From positions 608,001 through 672,000 of the forward strand of contig CAWCNS010000009.1 of NCBI GenBank assembly GCA_963796965.1: DNA of 64,000 nt, read 5' to 3'. Position numbers and translations under genes: made by a program. The stretch is from Calditrichia bacterium (GTDB taxonomy: Bacteria > Calditrichota > Calditrichia > JAJRVZ01). This document shows, piece by piece, positions 55,563-64,000 of the stretch. Positions within the stretch are counted from its first letter, which is position 1; every line of letters begins with the position of its first letter. The notes beneath the pieces are model-generated. The model ran no database searches and was not told where the DNA came from. It worked only from the letters and a program-made list of their open reading frames with translations.

Positions 55563-56954
55563 CTAATTCCCAACTTTAATTTTGATGTTTTTAAAAAACA
55601 CCTGATCACCATGGTCCTGTAGCAGAATATGACCCTGTTCCGCCTCACCAAAATTTGGCCAAACGTGATATTTACTACGTGAAACCAATGCCCGCCAGGT
55701 TTGGGTCCTTCGTTCATACTCAATCACTTTAATACCATTTAGGTAATGTTCAACCTTATTTCCCTTAACCACAATCCGGGCCCGGTTCCACTGATATTTA
55801 TTAATCCGTTTTGGTTGCTCGTGGGGTGCATAAAATTGGGCGTTTGCAGGAATCAGATCATATAGCGATGCTAAAGTTCGGTTTCCGGCTGTTCCCTGCT
55901 TTGCATCAGGATGAAATTCATCATCGAGAATCTGAAATTCACAGCCGATGGCAGATCCCTTCCCTTTATTCAAATTTGGATCAACAAAATATTTGATGCC
56001 TGAATTTGCACCTTTTGTAAACTTAAAATCTAATTCAAGAAGAAAATTTTTGAATGTATTTACCGTTATAATGTCGCCCCCATGGGCGGACTCTGCTCCA
56101 CCCGATTCTTCAACAGACAAAACACCATCTTCAATTTTCCAGCCTTTTTCAGGGAATTGATCTGCTTTGGCAGAACGCCATCCTTTTGTGGTTTTCCCAT
56201 CCCACAATAATTGCCAGTTTTCTTTTTTCTCACGGTCACTGAGTTGATTGGTTAGATAACTTACCTGGGCAATTCTAGTATTAATTGGCGATTTTTCTTT
56301 GTCTAATCCTTCGGTCAGAATTCGGATATTTTTAAAACGAACCTTTTTGCCAACCAACTCTTTCTTTTTACCAATACCATGGACCTGCAAGGCAATAAAT
56401 CCCTCCGCCGTAAGATCATCAATGAGATCTGCTGTCTGGATTCCATTTAGCCAAACACGGATATTATTTCCGATTGCCTCGACTCTGAATTTATTCCATT
56501 CCTCATTCTTATATGCTTTTCGTGCCGGTGGGTTATATTCAAGATGGTAAAGCCAACCTCTTCGCGCTTCATCATAGATACCACCAGTCCAGGCACGGGA
56601 AGATGGATCCAATTCTACTTGATAGCCATGTACACGTCCATTCTGGTAATCTGGTGTGCTAAGACTTCGTATTTGTACACCAGAATTCAGACCATCATCA
56701 AGTTTTACTTCATATTCGAGTATAAAATTTGCATAGGTCTTTTTAGTTACTAAAAAAGAGTTTGGTGTGTTCATCTTACTTATACCAACGATTATGTTAT
56801 CTTCGATTTCATATTCTGCCGTTCCATTAAGAATTTCCCAGTTATCCAAATCTTTACCATTGAACAGATTCGTCCAATTTTGCGCTTGAAGATTTGGATA
56901 TAGTAATAAAATAACGGTACTATAAAGGATAATTGTTTTGACTATCATATTCAT
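55563..56954 (-). CDS. Tandem double DUF1080 protein, exported
   Basis: Two domains: [50 protein letters not shown]; signal peptide. Confidence 0.92.
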   Translation of the reverse strand: MNMIVKTIILYSTVILLLYPNLQAQNWTNLFNGKDLDNWEILNGTAEYEIEDNIIVGISKMNTPNSFLVTKKTYANFILEYEVKLDDGLNSGVQIRSLSTPDYQNGRVHGYQVELDPSSRAWTGGIYDEARRGWLYHLEYNPPARKAYKNEEWNKFRVEAIGNNIRVWLNGIQTADLIDDLTAEGFIALQVHGIGKKKELVGKKVRFKNIRILTEGLDKEKSPINTRIAQVSYLTNQLSDREKKENWQLLWDGKTTKGWRSAKADQFPEKGWKIEDGVLSVEESGGAESAHGGDIITVNTFKNFLLELDFKFTKGANSGIKYFVDPNLNKGKGSAIGCEFQILDDEFHPDAKQGTAGNRTLASLYDLIPANAQFYAPHEQPKRINKYQWNRARIVVKGNKVEHYLNGIKVIEYERRTQTWRALVSRSKYHVWPNFGEAEQGHILLQDHGDQVFFKNIKIKVGN

Positions 56955-57164
56955 ACTCCTTCTTTAAATTAAGAAATTTTTTAAAGCCAGAGAGGATCAT
57001 TCAAAATCTTATAAGATCTTTATATCACTTTACTTACTTCGTGCTCTCTGTGGTTAATATAATTATTTGTTACAATACTTTTCTTAGAAATATTTACAGA
57101 TTTCTGCTCCTTCAGCTGCTGCTGCAACACCCGTTTCATTGAATTAATTAAAATATTCTTTTTA

Positions 57165-57200
57165 TGTAATTAGTAATTTTATTACAAATTACTAATTACA
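57165..57200. repeat. AT-rich inverted repeat downstream of the FAH gene (possible terminator)
   Basis: TGTAATTAGTAATTT-TATTAC-AAATTACTAATTACA. Confidence 0.6.
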
Positions 57201-57236
57201 TTTTCAGGTATATGCTCAGAAATGAGCAATAGTCAC

Positions 57237-57950
57237 TTATATTTCCTCCTGCACCGGATTTTTAAGAATCCCTATATTTTCAATTTCAACTTCTACTACG
57301 TCTCCATCTTTAATTGCTCCCACGCCTGCGGGGGTTCCTGTAGTAATAAGATCACCCTCCTCTAAAGTGAAATTTTTTGAAATAAAGGCAATGATATCTG
57401 GAATTTTGAAGATCATATGTTTTGTATTGGAATTTTGAACAACTTTGCCATTCAAGCGGCATTTAATATCTAAATTTTGAGCATCGCCAATATCTTCGGT
57501 TAAAACTAAACACGGGCCAACCGGGCCAAATGTATCAAAGGATTTTCCGCGGAACCAACCTGACGTTTCTGCATTTTGTAGATTACGCTGGCTAATATCA
57601 TTCATACAGGTAAATCCATAGATATAGTCAAAGGCCTTCTCCTTTGAAACATTTTTACAACGCTGGTTGATGACAAAGGCCAACTCCGCTTCGTAATCGG
57701 TCCTTAGTATTTCAAATTCATATTCTTCTAATAACGCTGGCAGAACAATGGCTTCTTCCGGCCCAACAAGAACATTTGGAATCTTTGAAAATAAAATTGG
57801 TTCTTTTGGAACATCCTTGTTAATACTTTTTACATTTAGCGACAGGGATTCCTGAATATGTGCATGGTAATTCAATCCGAGGGCTAAAATTTTTGAAGGG
57901 TTTAATTCATAAAATTTTTCGTGGTTTTTAATTGGTAATTTTATTGACAT
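57237..57950 (-). CDS. Fumarylacetoacetate hydrolase family protein
   Basis: LGLNYHAH, DYEAELA, NDISQR, KSFDTFGPVGP, GDLITTGTPAGVG. Confidence 0.93.
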   Translation of the reverse strand: MSIKLPIKNHEKFYELNPSKILALGLNYHAHIQESLSLNVKSINKDVPKEPILFSKIPNVLVGPEEAIVLPALLEEYEFEILRTDYEAELAFVINQRCKNVSKEKAFDYIYGFTCMNDISQRNLQNAETSGWFRGKSFDTFGPVGPCLVLTEDIGDAQNLDIKCRLNGKVVQNSNTKHMIFKIPDIIAFISKNFTLEEGDLITTGTPAGVGAIKDGDVVEVEIENIGILKNPVQEEI

Positions 57951-58087
57951 CGTAAAACGGTCTCCTTAAAGCACAATATGGGATTTTTAAATTTATCCGT
58001 TATTTATGAATGGTAAACCTTCTCTCAAATTCTAAAAAATTTAATTCGTGAAATTCGCTAAAATTAGGGTGATCCGTGGATACTCTT

Positions 58088-59770
58088 TTAAAACACGCCC
58101 GGTACAAGCATATAGATCAGAAGCATACCAGTTATACCCACAACCAGACCATAAAGCGTCATCGGTATCAGGTTCCGCCTGATTAGAATTCCTTCAACTC
58201 CGACTAATCCAACTGTCGCACAGGCAGCTATCACATTATGCACACAGATCATGTTTCCAAATGCCCCCCCCACATTTTGCATAGCAACGATAATACTATG
58301 GGAAATCTGCAGCTGATCGGCGATCGAATATTGAAATAAGGAAAACATCATATTAGAAACTGTGTTGGAACCAGCCATAAAAGCTCCGAGGGCACCAACA
58401 AAAGGTGACACCAGAGGCCAGGCTCCCTGAACGACATCTGTAATAAATTGAGCCATGATGATCGGCATGCTGGCCAGATCGATGGCGTTTTGTCCGGATT
58501 GCATCATCACCCTTACCATCGGTACAGCAAAAACCAATGCAATTGCCGGCCCAACCATACGTTTTATTGCATCTCTCCAGGCTGTTGATATCTGTCTTTT
58601 ATTCATTTTATATATCGGGATGCTTAAGAGTGCAATAAGCATAAAAGGTAGAACACCGGGATTATATAGAATTGGAAATGTATTTTTAATACCGGTACCT
58701 AATAAATTTTCGTAGCTGATTGACACGCTCTTTACCATATCAAGAAAGGGGAGTTGCTTGATTCGTGTTAGAATTAATAAAACGCCAATTAGAATATAGG
58801 GGATCCAGGATTTAAATACGGAAATGTGAGAGCCATCATGGTGATCACCAGCAGAGATGGAGCCAACCCAGTTTTCTTCCCACTTACTTTTATCCGGGAA
58901 GTCCCATTTATCTTTTGGAACCAAAAACCCGGCTTTAGTTGCAGGAATGATTATAACCAGACCAATGAGAGCTCCCAGGATACATGGGAATTCCGGACCT
59001 AACAGCCAGGCTACCAACAGATAGGGGACAATAAAAACCAATCCGGCAAATATTGCATACGGCCAAACAGATAATCCTTCTGAAAAACTTCGCTTCTCAC
59101 CAAAAAATCTTGTCATCATTGCAACCATGATAAGGGGAATAAAGACACCCATAATTGAATGCTGAACAGCCGTCCAGAATCCAACATCATGTATAAATTC
59201 GGGATAGGTCATCCCCAGCGTAGAGATGACGTTTACGACTTCTGGTATTTCAAGTGTGCTTCCAATACCAATCAAGGTCGGCGTTCCAACAGAACCGAAT
59301 GAGACACAGGTGCTATTTGCAATCAAGGCAACCATCACCGCCGCCAGGGCTGGAAATCCTAATGATAATAATAAGGGAGCCATTAATGCAGCCGGTGTAC
59401 CAAATCCTGCCGATCCTTCGATAAAGGCGCCAAAAAACCAGGCGATAATAATTGCCTGGACGCGTTTATCCTCTGAAATTCCCATAAAACCACGGTTGAT
59501 GGCCGCCATCGCTCCGCTTTCACGGAGTGTGAATAACAGAACAAGGGCGCCAAATACTATAATAAGTATCTGCAGAGCCAAAACAGCACCATTTAAACTC
59601 GATGCCACAATCCACTCTCCCGGCGTTTGCCAAACCCACAGAGCAAGAATAACCGCTAATATCCAGGAGACAGGCATTGCTTTAGTTGCTGGCCAACGTA
59701 ATAATACCATTAATACAAAAATCACCAAAATGGGAATAAACGCTAATAGAGCTAATAGTCCTAATGACAT
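58088..59770 (-). CDS. lctP: L-lactate permease family transporter
   Basis: Polytopic membrane protein; [42 protein letters not shown]. Confidence 0.9.
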   Translation of the reverse strand: MSLGLLALLAFIPILVIFVLMVLLRWPATKAMPVSWILAVILALWVWQTPGEWIVASSLNGAVLALQILIIVFGALVLLFTLRESGAMAAINRGFMGISEDKRVQAIIIAWFFGAFIEGSAGFGTPAALMAPLLLSLGFPALAAVMVALIANSTCVSFGSVGTPTLIGIGSTLEIPEVVNVISTLGMTYPEFIHDVGFWTAVQHSIMGVFIPLIMVAMMTRFFGEKRSFSEGLSVWPYAIFAGLVFIVPYLLVAWLLGPEFPCILGALIGLVIIIPATKAGFLVPKDKWDFPDKSKWEENWVGSISAGDHHDGSHISVFKSWIPYILIGVLLILTRIKQLPFLDMVKSVSISYENLLGTGIKNTFPILYNPGVLPFMLIALLSIPIYKMNKRQISTAWRDAIKRMVGPAIALVFAVPMVRVMMQSGQNAIDLASMPIIMAQFITDVVQGAWPLVSPFVGALGAFMAGSNTVSNMMFSLFQYSIADQLQISHSIIVAMQNVGGAFGNMICVHNVIAACATVGLVGVEGILIRRNLIPMTLYGLVVGITGMLLIYMLVPGVF

Positions 59771-60136
59771 ACTATTTCCTATCCGGTTTTAAGGTTTTCT
59801 TTATTTCTAGATTTATTTAGGCTCTGGAAACTTGAGATTAAGGTGTAGATATTTATAATTAACTTAAATCAATTAAATTGTATCTAATGATTAAAAACAG
59901 ATAGTAATTCAAATCCCAATAGCTGGACTATCTGCTTCTTCATAAAATCCTATATTTGACATTTTCACTGCTTCTATTATGTTCTTTTTATTCATTTCAT
60001 TCGAATGCACAATCGTATTAGATATTATCATATTATATATACAAAAAGCATTTTGTTTGACTAAATTTATTATATTTAATTTTATCTGCTAAAATAATAA
60101 CTAATTTCGATAAATCCATCAAAATCTGAGGACAAA

Positions 60137-61531
60137 ATGAAAAATTTCCGCTCAACATCGCGCAGAGAATTTATTAAAACCTCATCCGCTGCTGCAATTG
60201 GGGCTGGGCTCCTGGGATCAACCATTCCCGGTTCAGTACTTGGAGCCAATGACAAAATACGAGTCGGATTTATTGGTGTCGGTAACCGGGGTTCCCAGTT
60301 GTTACATAGCTTTATGTTAAACCAAGATGTTGAAATCGCTGCTTTTTGTGACGTTTATGAGCCCTATACATCAAGAGATCTTTCATCTGTTCATGAACGG
60401 TATCGTAAGATTGGAAGAATTCCCAAGATGGGAGAATCATTTCCCAACAAGGTACAAAAATTCAAGGATTTTAGGAAATTACTTGAACAAAAGGACATAG
60501 ATGCTGTGTGCATCGCTACGCCTGACCACTGGCATGCCATCCAAATGATCCAGGCTGTTGACGCCGGTAAGGATGTCTATGTTGAAAAGCCCCTTACTAT
60601 TACACTCCATGAAGGTCGTCGAATGGTGGAGGCGCAGAAGCGGACAAATCGTGTCGTACAGGTTGGATTAAACCGCCGGGGTTCTTCCATATATCAAAAA
60701 CTGTCAAAAGAAATTCCAAAGGGAAAAATTGGCAAAATACTAACTGCTCAGGCCTATCGGATCAGTAATATGTATCCCGATGGAATTGGCCGGCTAAAAC
60801 CTGAAGCGCCGCCAAATGATTTTGATTGGGATATGTGGGTCGGTCCGCGTCCGTTCAGAGAGTATCAATATAATATTGCTCCCTACTTTTTCCGCTGGTG
60901 GAGCGCCTTTTCTTCACAGATGGGTAATTGGGGGGTTCATTATATGGATGCCATCCGCTGGATGACCGGGGAAACAGCACCATCCGCCATCAATGCCCAG
61001 GGGGGGAAATATTTGGTGAATGATGACAGGGATATTCCGGATACAATGGAAGTAACCTTTGAATTTGATTCTGGTATGATGATTCGCTTCTCAATCTATG
61101 AGGGAACATCTGGTGTTGGCATTAAAGGTGGTGAGATTGAAATGCGTGGCTCAAAAGGAACTTTGGTTGTCGATCAGAATGGTTATAGAATAACCCCTGC
61201 CAAACAGGGACAATTTCAAACCTGGGATTCATTAATGGAACCTGAAGAAGACTCCATGAAAGGCAAACAAAAACATGGCGATTTAGCCATAAGCGAGGAT
61301 TCTACAGCACACCTGATCCGAAACTTTCTCGATTGTGTTAAGTCCAGGAAAACACCCTGGTGTACCTTAGAAGACGGGCACCGATCTACCTCATTTGCCC
61401 ATTTAGCAAATATATCCTTGGCCATTGGGCAAAGAATTGAATGGGATCCAGTAAGGGAAAAAGTGACCAATATTGATAAAGCAAATGAGTTGATGCATTA
61501 TGAATATCGCCAACCATGGAAACTGGGCTAA
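60137..61531 (+). CDS. Tat-exported Gfo/Idh/MocA family oxidoreductase
   Basis: SRREFIK; GFIGVGNRG, ATPDHWH, DVYVEKP, DWDMWVGP, NWGVHYMD, YRQPWKL. Confidence 0.93.
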   Translation: MKNFRSTSRREFIKTSSAAAIGAGLLGSTIPGSVLGANDKIRVGFIGVGNRGSQLLHSFMLNQDVEIAAFCDVYEPYTSRDLSSVHERYRKIGRIPKMGESFPNKVQKFKDFRKLLEQKDIDAVCIATPDHWHAIQMIQAVDAGKDVYVEKPLTITLHEGRRMVEAQKRTNRVVQVGLNRRGSSIYQKLSKEIPKGKIGKILTAQAYRISNMYPDGIGRLKPEAPPNDFDWDMWVGPRPFREYQYNIAPYFFRWWSAFSSQMGNWGVHYMDAIRWMTGETAPSAINAQGGKYLVNDDRDIPDTMEVTFEFDSGMMIRFSIYEGTSGVGIKGGEIEMRGSKGTLVVDQNGYRITPAKQGQFQTWDSLMEPEEDSMKGKQKHGDLAISEDSTAHLIRNFLDCVKSRKTPWCTLEDGHRSTSFAHLANISLAIGQRIEWDPVREKVTNIDKANELMHYEYRQPWKLG

Positions 61532-61822
61532 GCGGGTTTTTGTATAAAAGAAAAATAAACGATCGTGTAACCGAGGTTTAATAATTAAGGACATATAAAC
61601 AAGCAAAAGGTTTTGAATCATATTAAAATATATCCACATAATAATACAGAAAGACACGGAATTATTTTTGATAACAGTAAATAAAGATTTTTACAATTTT
61701 GGCCATTTATCTCGATTTCTGCTGTGAAACTCTGTGCCTCTCTGTGGTAAAAAACTATAGTTCTAACTGCCCTCTCATGGATAAATCTATATTCAAACAA
61801 ATAATTTTGAAGAAAGAATGTT

Positions 61823-62782
61823 ATGTATACATCCAAACCCATTGATCGTCGTAAATTCATTACAACTATGGCCGCTGCTGGAATAGCTATCCCCTTTACA
61901 AAACTTTCCGGAAGAAATTTATCGCTTTTACCTGATAAAAAGGGCCATCCCATTTGTGTGTTTTCAAAACATCTTCAATTTCTCCCTGATTATCAATCAA
62001 TGGCAGAAGTTGCGGCTGAGATAGGATTCGATGGAATCGATCTAACGGTTCGTCCTGGTGGACATGTTTTACCAGAAAATGTTCAGAAGGATCTCCCCAG
62101 GGCGGTATCTGCTTTAAAAAAAGCCGGATTAGAAGTTCCAATGATGGTGACAAAAATAATTGATCCTGATGATCCGCTGACTGAACCCATCCTAGAGACT
62201 GCCAGGACTCAGGGTATCGGTTACTATAGAATGGGATATTTTAAACATGAGAAAAACACGACAGTGCTTCAATCTCTTGAAACAGTAAAATCCTCATTTG
62301 ACAAACTGGCACGACTAAATGAAAAATATAATATTGTTGGGATGTATCAGAATCATTCTGGGAACAGATTTGGCTCGCCACTATGGGATCTGTGGGAAGT
62401 ACTAAAAGATTTTGATCCAAAATGGATGGGTTGTCAATATGATATCCGCCATGCAATAGTTGAGGGAGCTAATTCCTGGCCACAAGCTATGGAATTGTTA
62501 AAACCCTATATTAAAACAACAGCTATTAAAGATTTTTACTGGAAGAAAGAAAACAAAAAGTGGAAAATTCAAAATTGTTCTCTTGGTACCGGTATGGTTG
62601 ATTTTAAGCAATATTTTGAATTTTATAAAAAATTAGGTGTTTCTGGTCCTGTATCCATGCATTTTGAATACAAACATTATGACAAATCGGATCCTCTTGA
62701 AGGAAAACGTAAAAATACAATTGAAATCATGAAGGAAGATCTAACCACATTGCAAACTATGCTTAAAAAATTCAATATCTAA
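61823..62782 (+). CDS. Tat-exported sugar phosphate isomerase/epimerase family (xylose isomerase-like TIM barrel) protein
   Basis: DRRKFI; FSKHLQ, GFDGIDLTVRPGGHV, YQNHSG, YDIRH, KDF, SMHFEY. Confidence 0.88.
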   Translation: MYTSKPIDRRKFITTMAAAGIAIPFTKLSGRNLSLLPDKKGHPICVFSKHLQFLPDYQSMAEVAAEIGFDGIDLTVRPGGHVLPENVQKDLPRAVSALKKAGLEVPMMVTKIIDPDDPLTEPILETARTQGIGYYRMGYFKHEKNTTVLQSLETVKSSFDKLARLNEKYNIVGMYQNHSGNRFGSPLWDLWEVLKDFDPKWMGCQYDIRHAIVEGANSWPQAMELLKPYIKTTAIKDFYWKKENKKWKIQNCSLGTGMVDFKQYFEFYKKLGVSGPVSMHFEYKHYDKSDPLEGKRKNTIEIMKEDLTTLQTMLKKFNI

Positions 62783-62856
62783 CACTTAACAATCAAATCT
62801 ATTTCTTAACGGTTGTACCTCTTTTAGAGGTTGGTGCTATTAAAGGAATATAAAAT

Positions 62857-64000
62857 ATGGATAATAACACATTTACACGAAGAGATTTTCTAAAAACTGT
62901 TGGCGTATCTGCAGGTCTTGCTGTTAGCGGAATTACAAGTACAAGTACTATTTTAAATATAGGATGTAATATGGCTCCTAAAAAAATAACAATTGACAGC
63001 GTTGATTCCAATTTTGAACGTGAACCACTTGTACGACCTTTTGGATTTAAGGGTGGATATATGAGTGAAATCTGGCAGACCATTGCCTATTTGCGAAGCA
63101 CATCCGGTACACACAAAATAGGACTATGCACACAAAATGTTTTATGGTCTGATGCCAAAGTATTCGCCTCTTACTCAGAAAGTGGTGGGAATGCCCTTAT
63201 GTACGCCCTTTCTGATTATGCGCTAAAAATTATTAAGGGAAAGAATTATAAAACCCCAATTGATCTATTAGAAAACATACTGGATGATGTCTATGAATAT
63301 GGCAAAAAAGTAACGGCGAATCCCCACCTAAGAAAAACCTTTGCCCTTAATGCTCTTGTTGGTGTTGATAATGCTGCCTGGCTTTTATATGCAGAAGAAA
63401 ACGGAATTAAAAATTTTGACGATATGATTCCTGATAACTACAGACCATCTTTATCCACACATCATAAGAAAGTGGCCAGCATACCTTTAATGGCCTATTC
63501 TATTCCTATTGAAGAAATTGAGGAAGCGGCAGATCAGGGTTACTTTTTTATGAAGATTAAGATCGGTCAACCTGGTACACAGGAAGAAATGCTGGAAAAA
63601 GATAAAGCAAGACTTTCTGCCATTCATAAAGCCATAGGTGATCGGGAAACACAATATACAAAAAATGGCAAATTACCTTATTATTTTGATGCGAATGGTC
63701 GTTATGAAAGCAAAGAGACGCTGATGCGTTTACTAGATCACGCCAAAAATATTGGCGCTTTTGATCAGATTGCCGTCGTTGAGGAACCATTTCCGGAAGA
63801 ATTAGAATTAAATGTTAGCGATATTCCCGTCAGGTTAGCCGCCGATGAAAGTGCCCACACCGATGAGGATGCCAAAAAAAGAATTGAAATGGGCTATAAA
63901 GCGATTGCTTTAAAGGCTATTGCTAAAACTTTAAGTATGACTATGAAAATAGCCCAGTTAGCACACGATCATAATGTTCCCTGTTTTTGCGCTGACCTGA
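62857..64000 (+). CDS. Tat-exported enolase-superfamily protein (Ala-Glu epimerase-like), 3'-partial, not in the ORF track
   Basis: Manual translation: MDNNTFTRRDFLKTVG..FEREPLVRPFGFKGGY..KIKIG..FDANGRY..VEEP..ADES..ALKAIAK; open to the window end. Confidence 0.88.
   Translation, partial: MDNNTFTRRDFLKTVGVSAGLAVSGITSTSTILNIGCNMAPKKITIDSVDSNFEREPLVRPFGFKGGYMSEIWQTIAYLRSTSGTHKIGLCTQNVLWSDAKVFASYSESGGNALMYALSDYALKIIKGKNYKTPIDLLENILDDVYEYGKKVTANPHLRKTFALNALVGVDNAAWLLYAEENGIKNFDDMIPDNYRPSLSTHHKKVASIPLMAYSIPIEEIEEAADQGYFFMKIKIGQPGTQEEMLEKDKARLSAIHKAIGDRETQYTKNGKLPYYFDANGRYESKETLMRLLDHAKNIGAFDQIAVVEEPFPEELELNVSDIPVRLAADESAHTDEDAKKRIEMGYKAIALKAIAKTLSMTMKIAQLAHDHNVPCFCADL

Noticed and set aside
57095..57235. 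GC-richer patch (minus strand GCTGAAGGAGCAGAAA) resembling part of a glycine riboswitch
   Set aside because: The other conserved elements (GGAGA, CTCTCAGG) are not in the right arrangement and the downstream gene does not fit. It could be a small coding relic; an Rfam scan would settle it.
59226..59792. 188-aa plus-strand ORF and other short antisense or alternate-frame ORFs
   Set aside because: They are shadows of well-supported genes (here lctP) and have no recognisable motifs.
1..64000. rRNA, tRNA, transposase, prophage or defence-system genes
   Set aside because: No supporting motifs were recognised. The kinase lacks neighbouring nuclease, ATPase or methylase genes that would suggest a defence locus.

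Overview
AT-rich bacterial DNA, probably a long-read or metagenomic assembly. C-terminal 'QNYPNPFNPxT' sorting domains, many Tat-exported sugar enzymes and the repeat types suggest Calditrichota/KSB1/Ignavibacteria-like lineages (inference). About 15 single-base frameshifts split otherwise intact genes in the first 46 kb and are most likely sequence errors. The window has three parts. (1) 1-10 kb: housekeeping and envelope genes (G1P dehydrogenase-like, truncated GH30, purU, SGNH hydrolase, DUF5916, DUF1080, lipid kinase, plsC, SPFH) and an unlisted 54-aa four-Cys protein. (2) 10.4-29.6 kb, the most unusual part: a co-directional locus encoding a membrane-anchored Ser/Thr kinase-class III nucleotide cyclase fusion, two uncharacterised exported proteins, a PEGA protein, a cohesin-like lipoprotein and two giant paralogous LVIVD-repeat proteins that each carry a dockerin-like module, a cohesin-like module and a C-terminal sorting domain. 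This is a candidate signalling-linked cohesin/dockerin surface assembly. (3) 30-64 kb: carbohydrate, sulfate-ester and peptide catabolism (two sulfatases, GH172, GH29, GH3, Gfo/Idh/MocA oxidoreductases, enolase-family enzymes, DUF1080, FAH hydrolase, lactate permease, Dcp). Intergenic spaces hold several palindromic repeat families. I found no CRISPR array, rRNA, tRNA or transposase. All family calls come from recognising motifs by eye; no database search was run.
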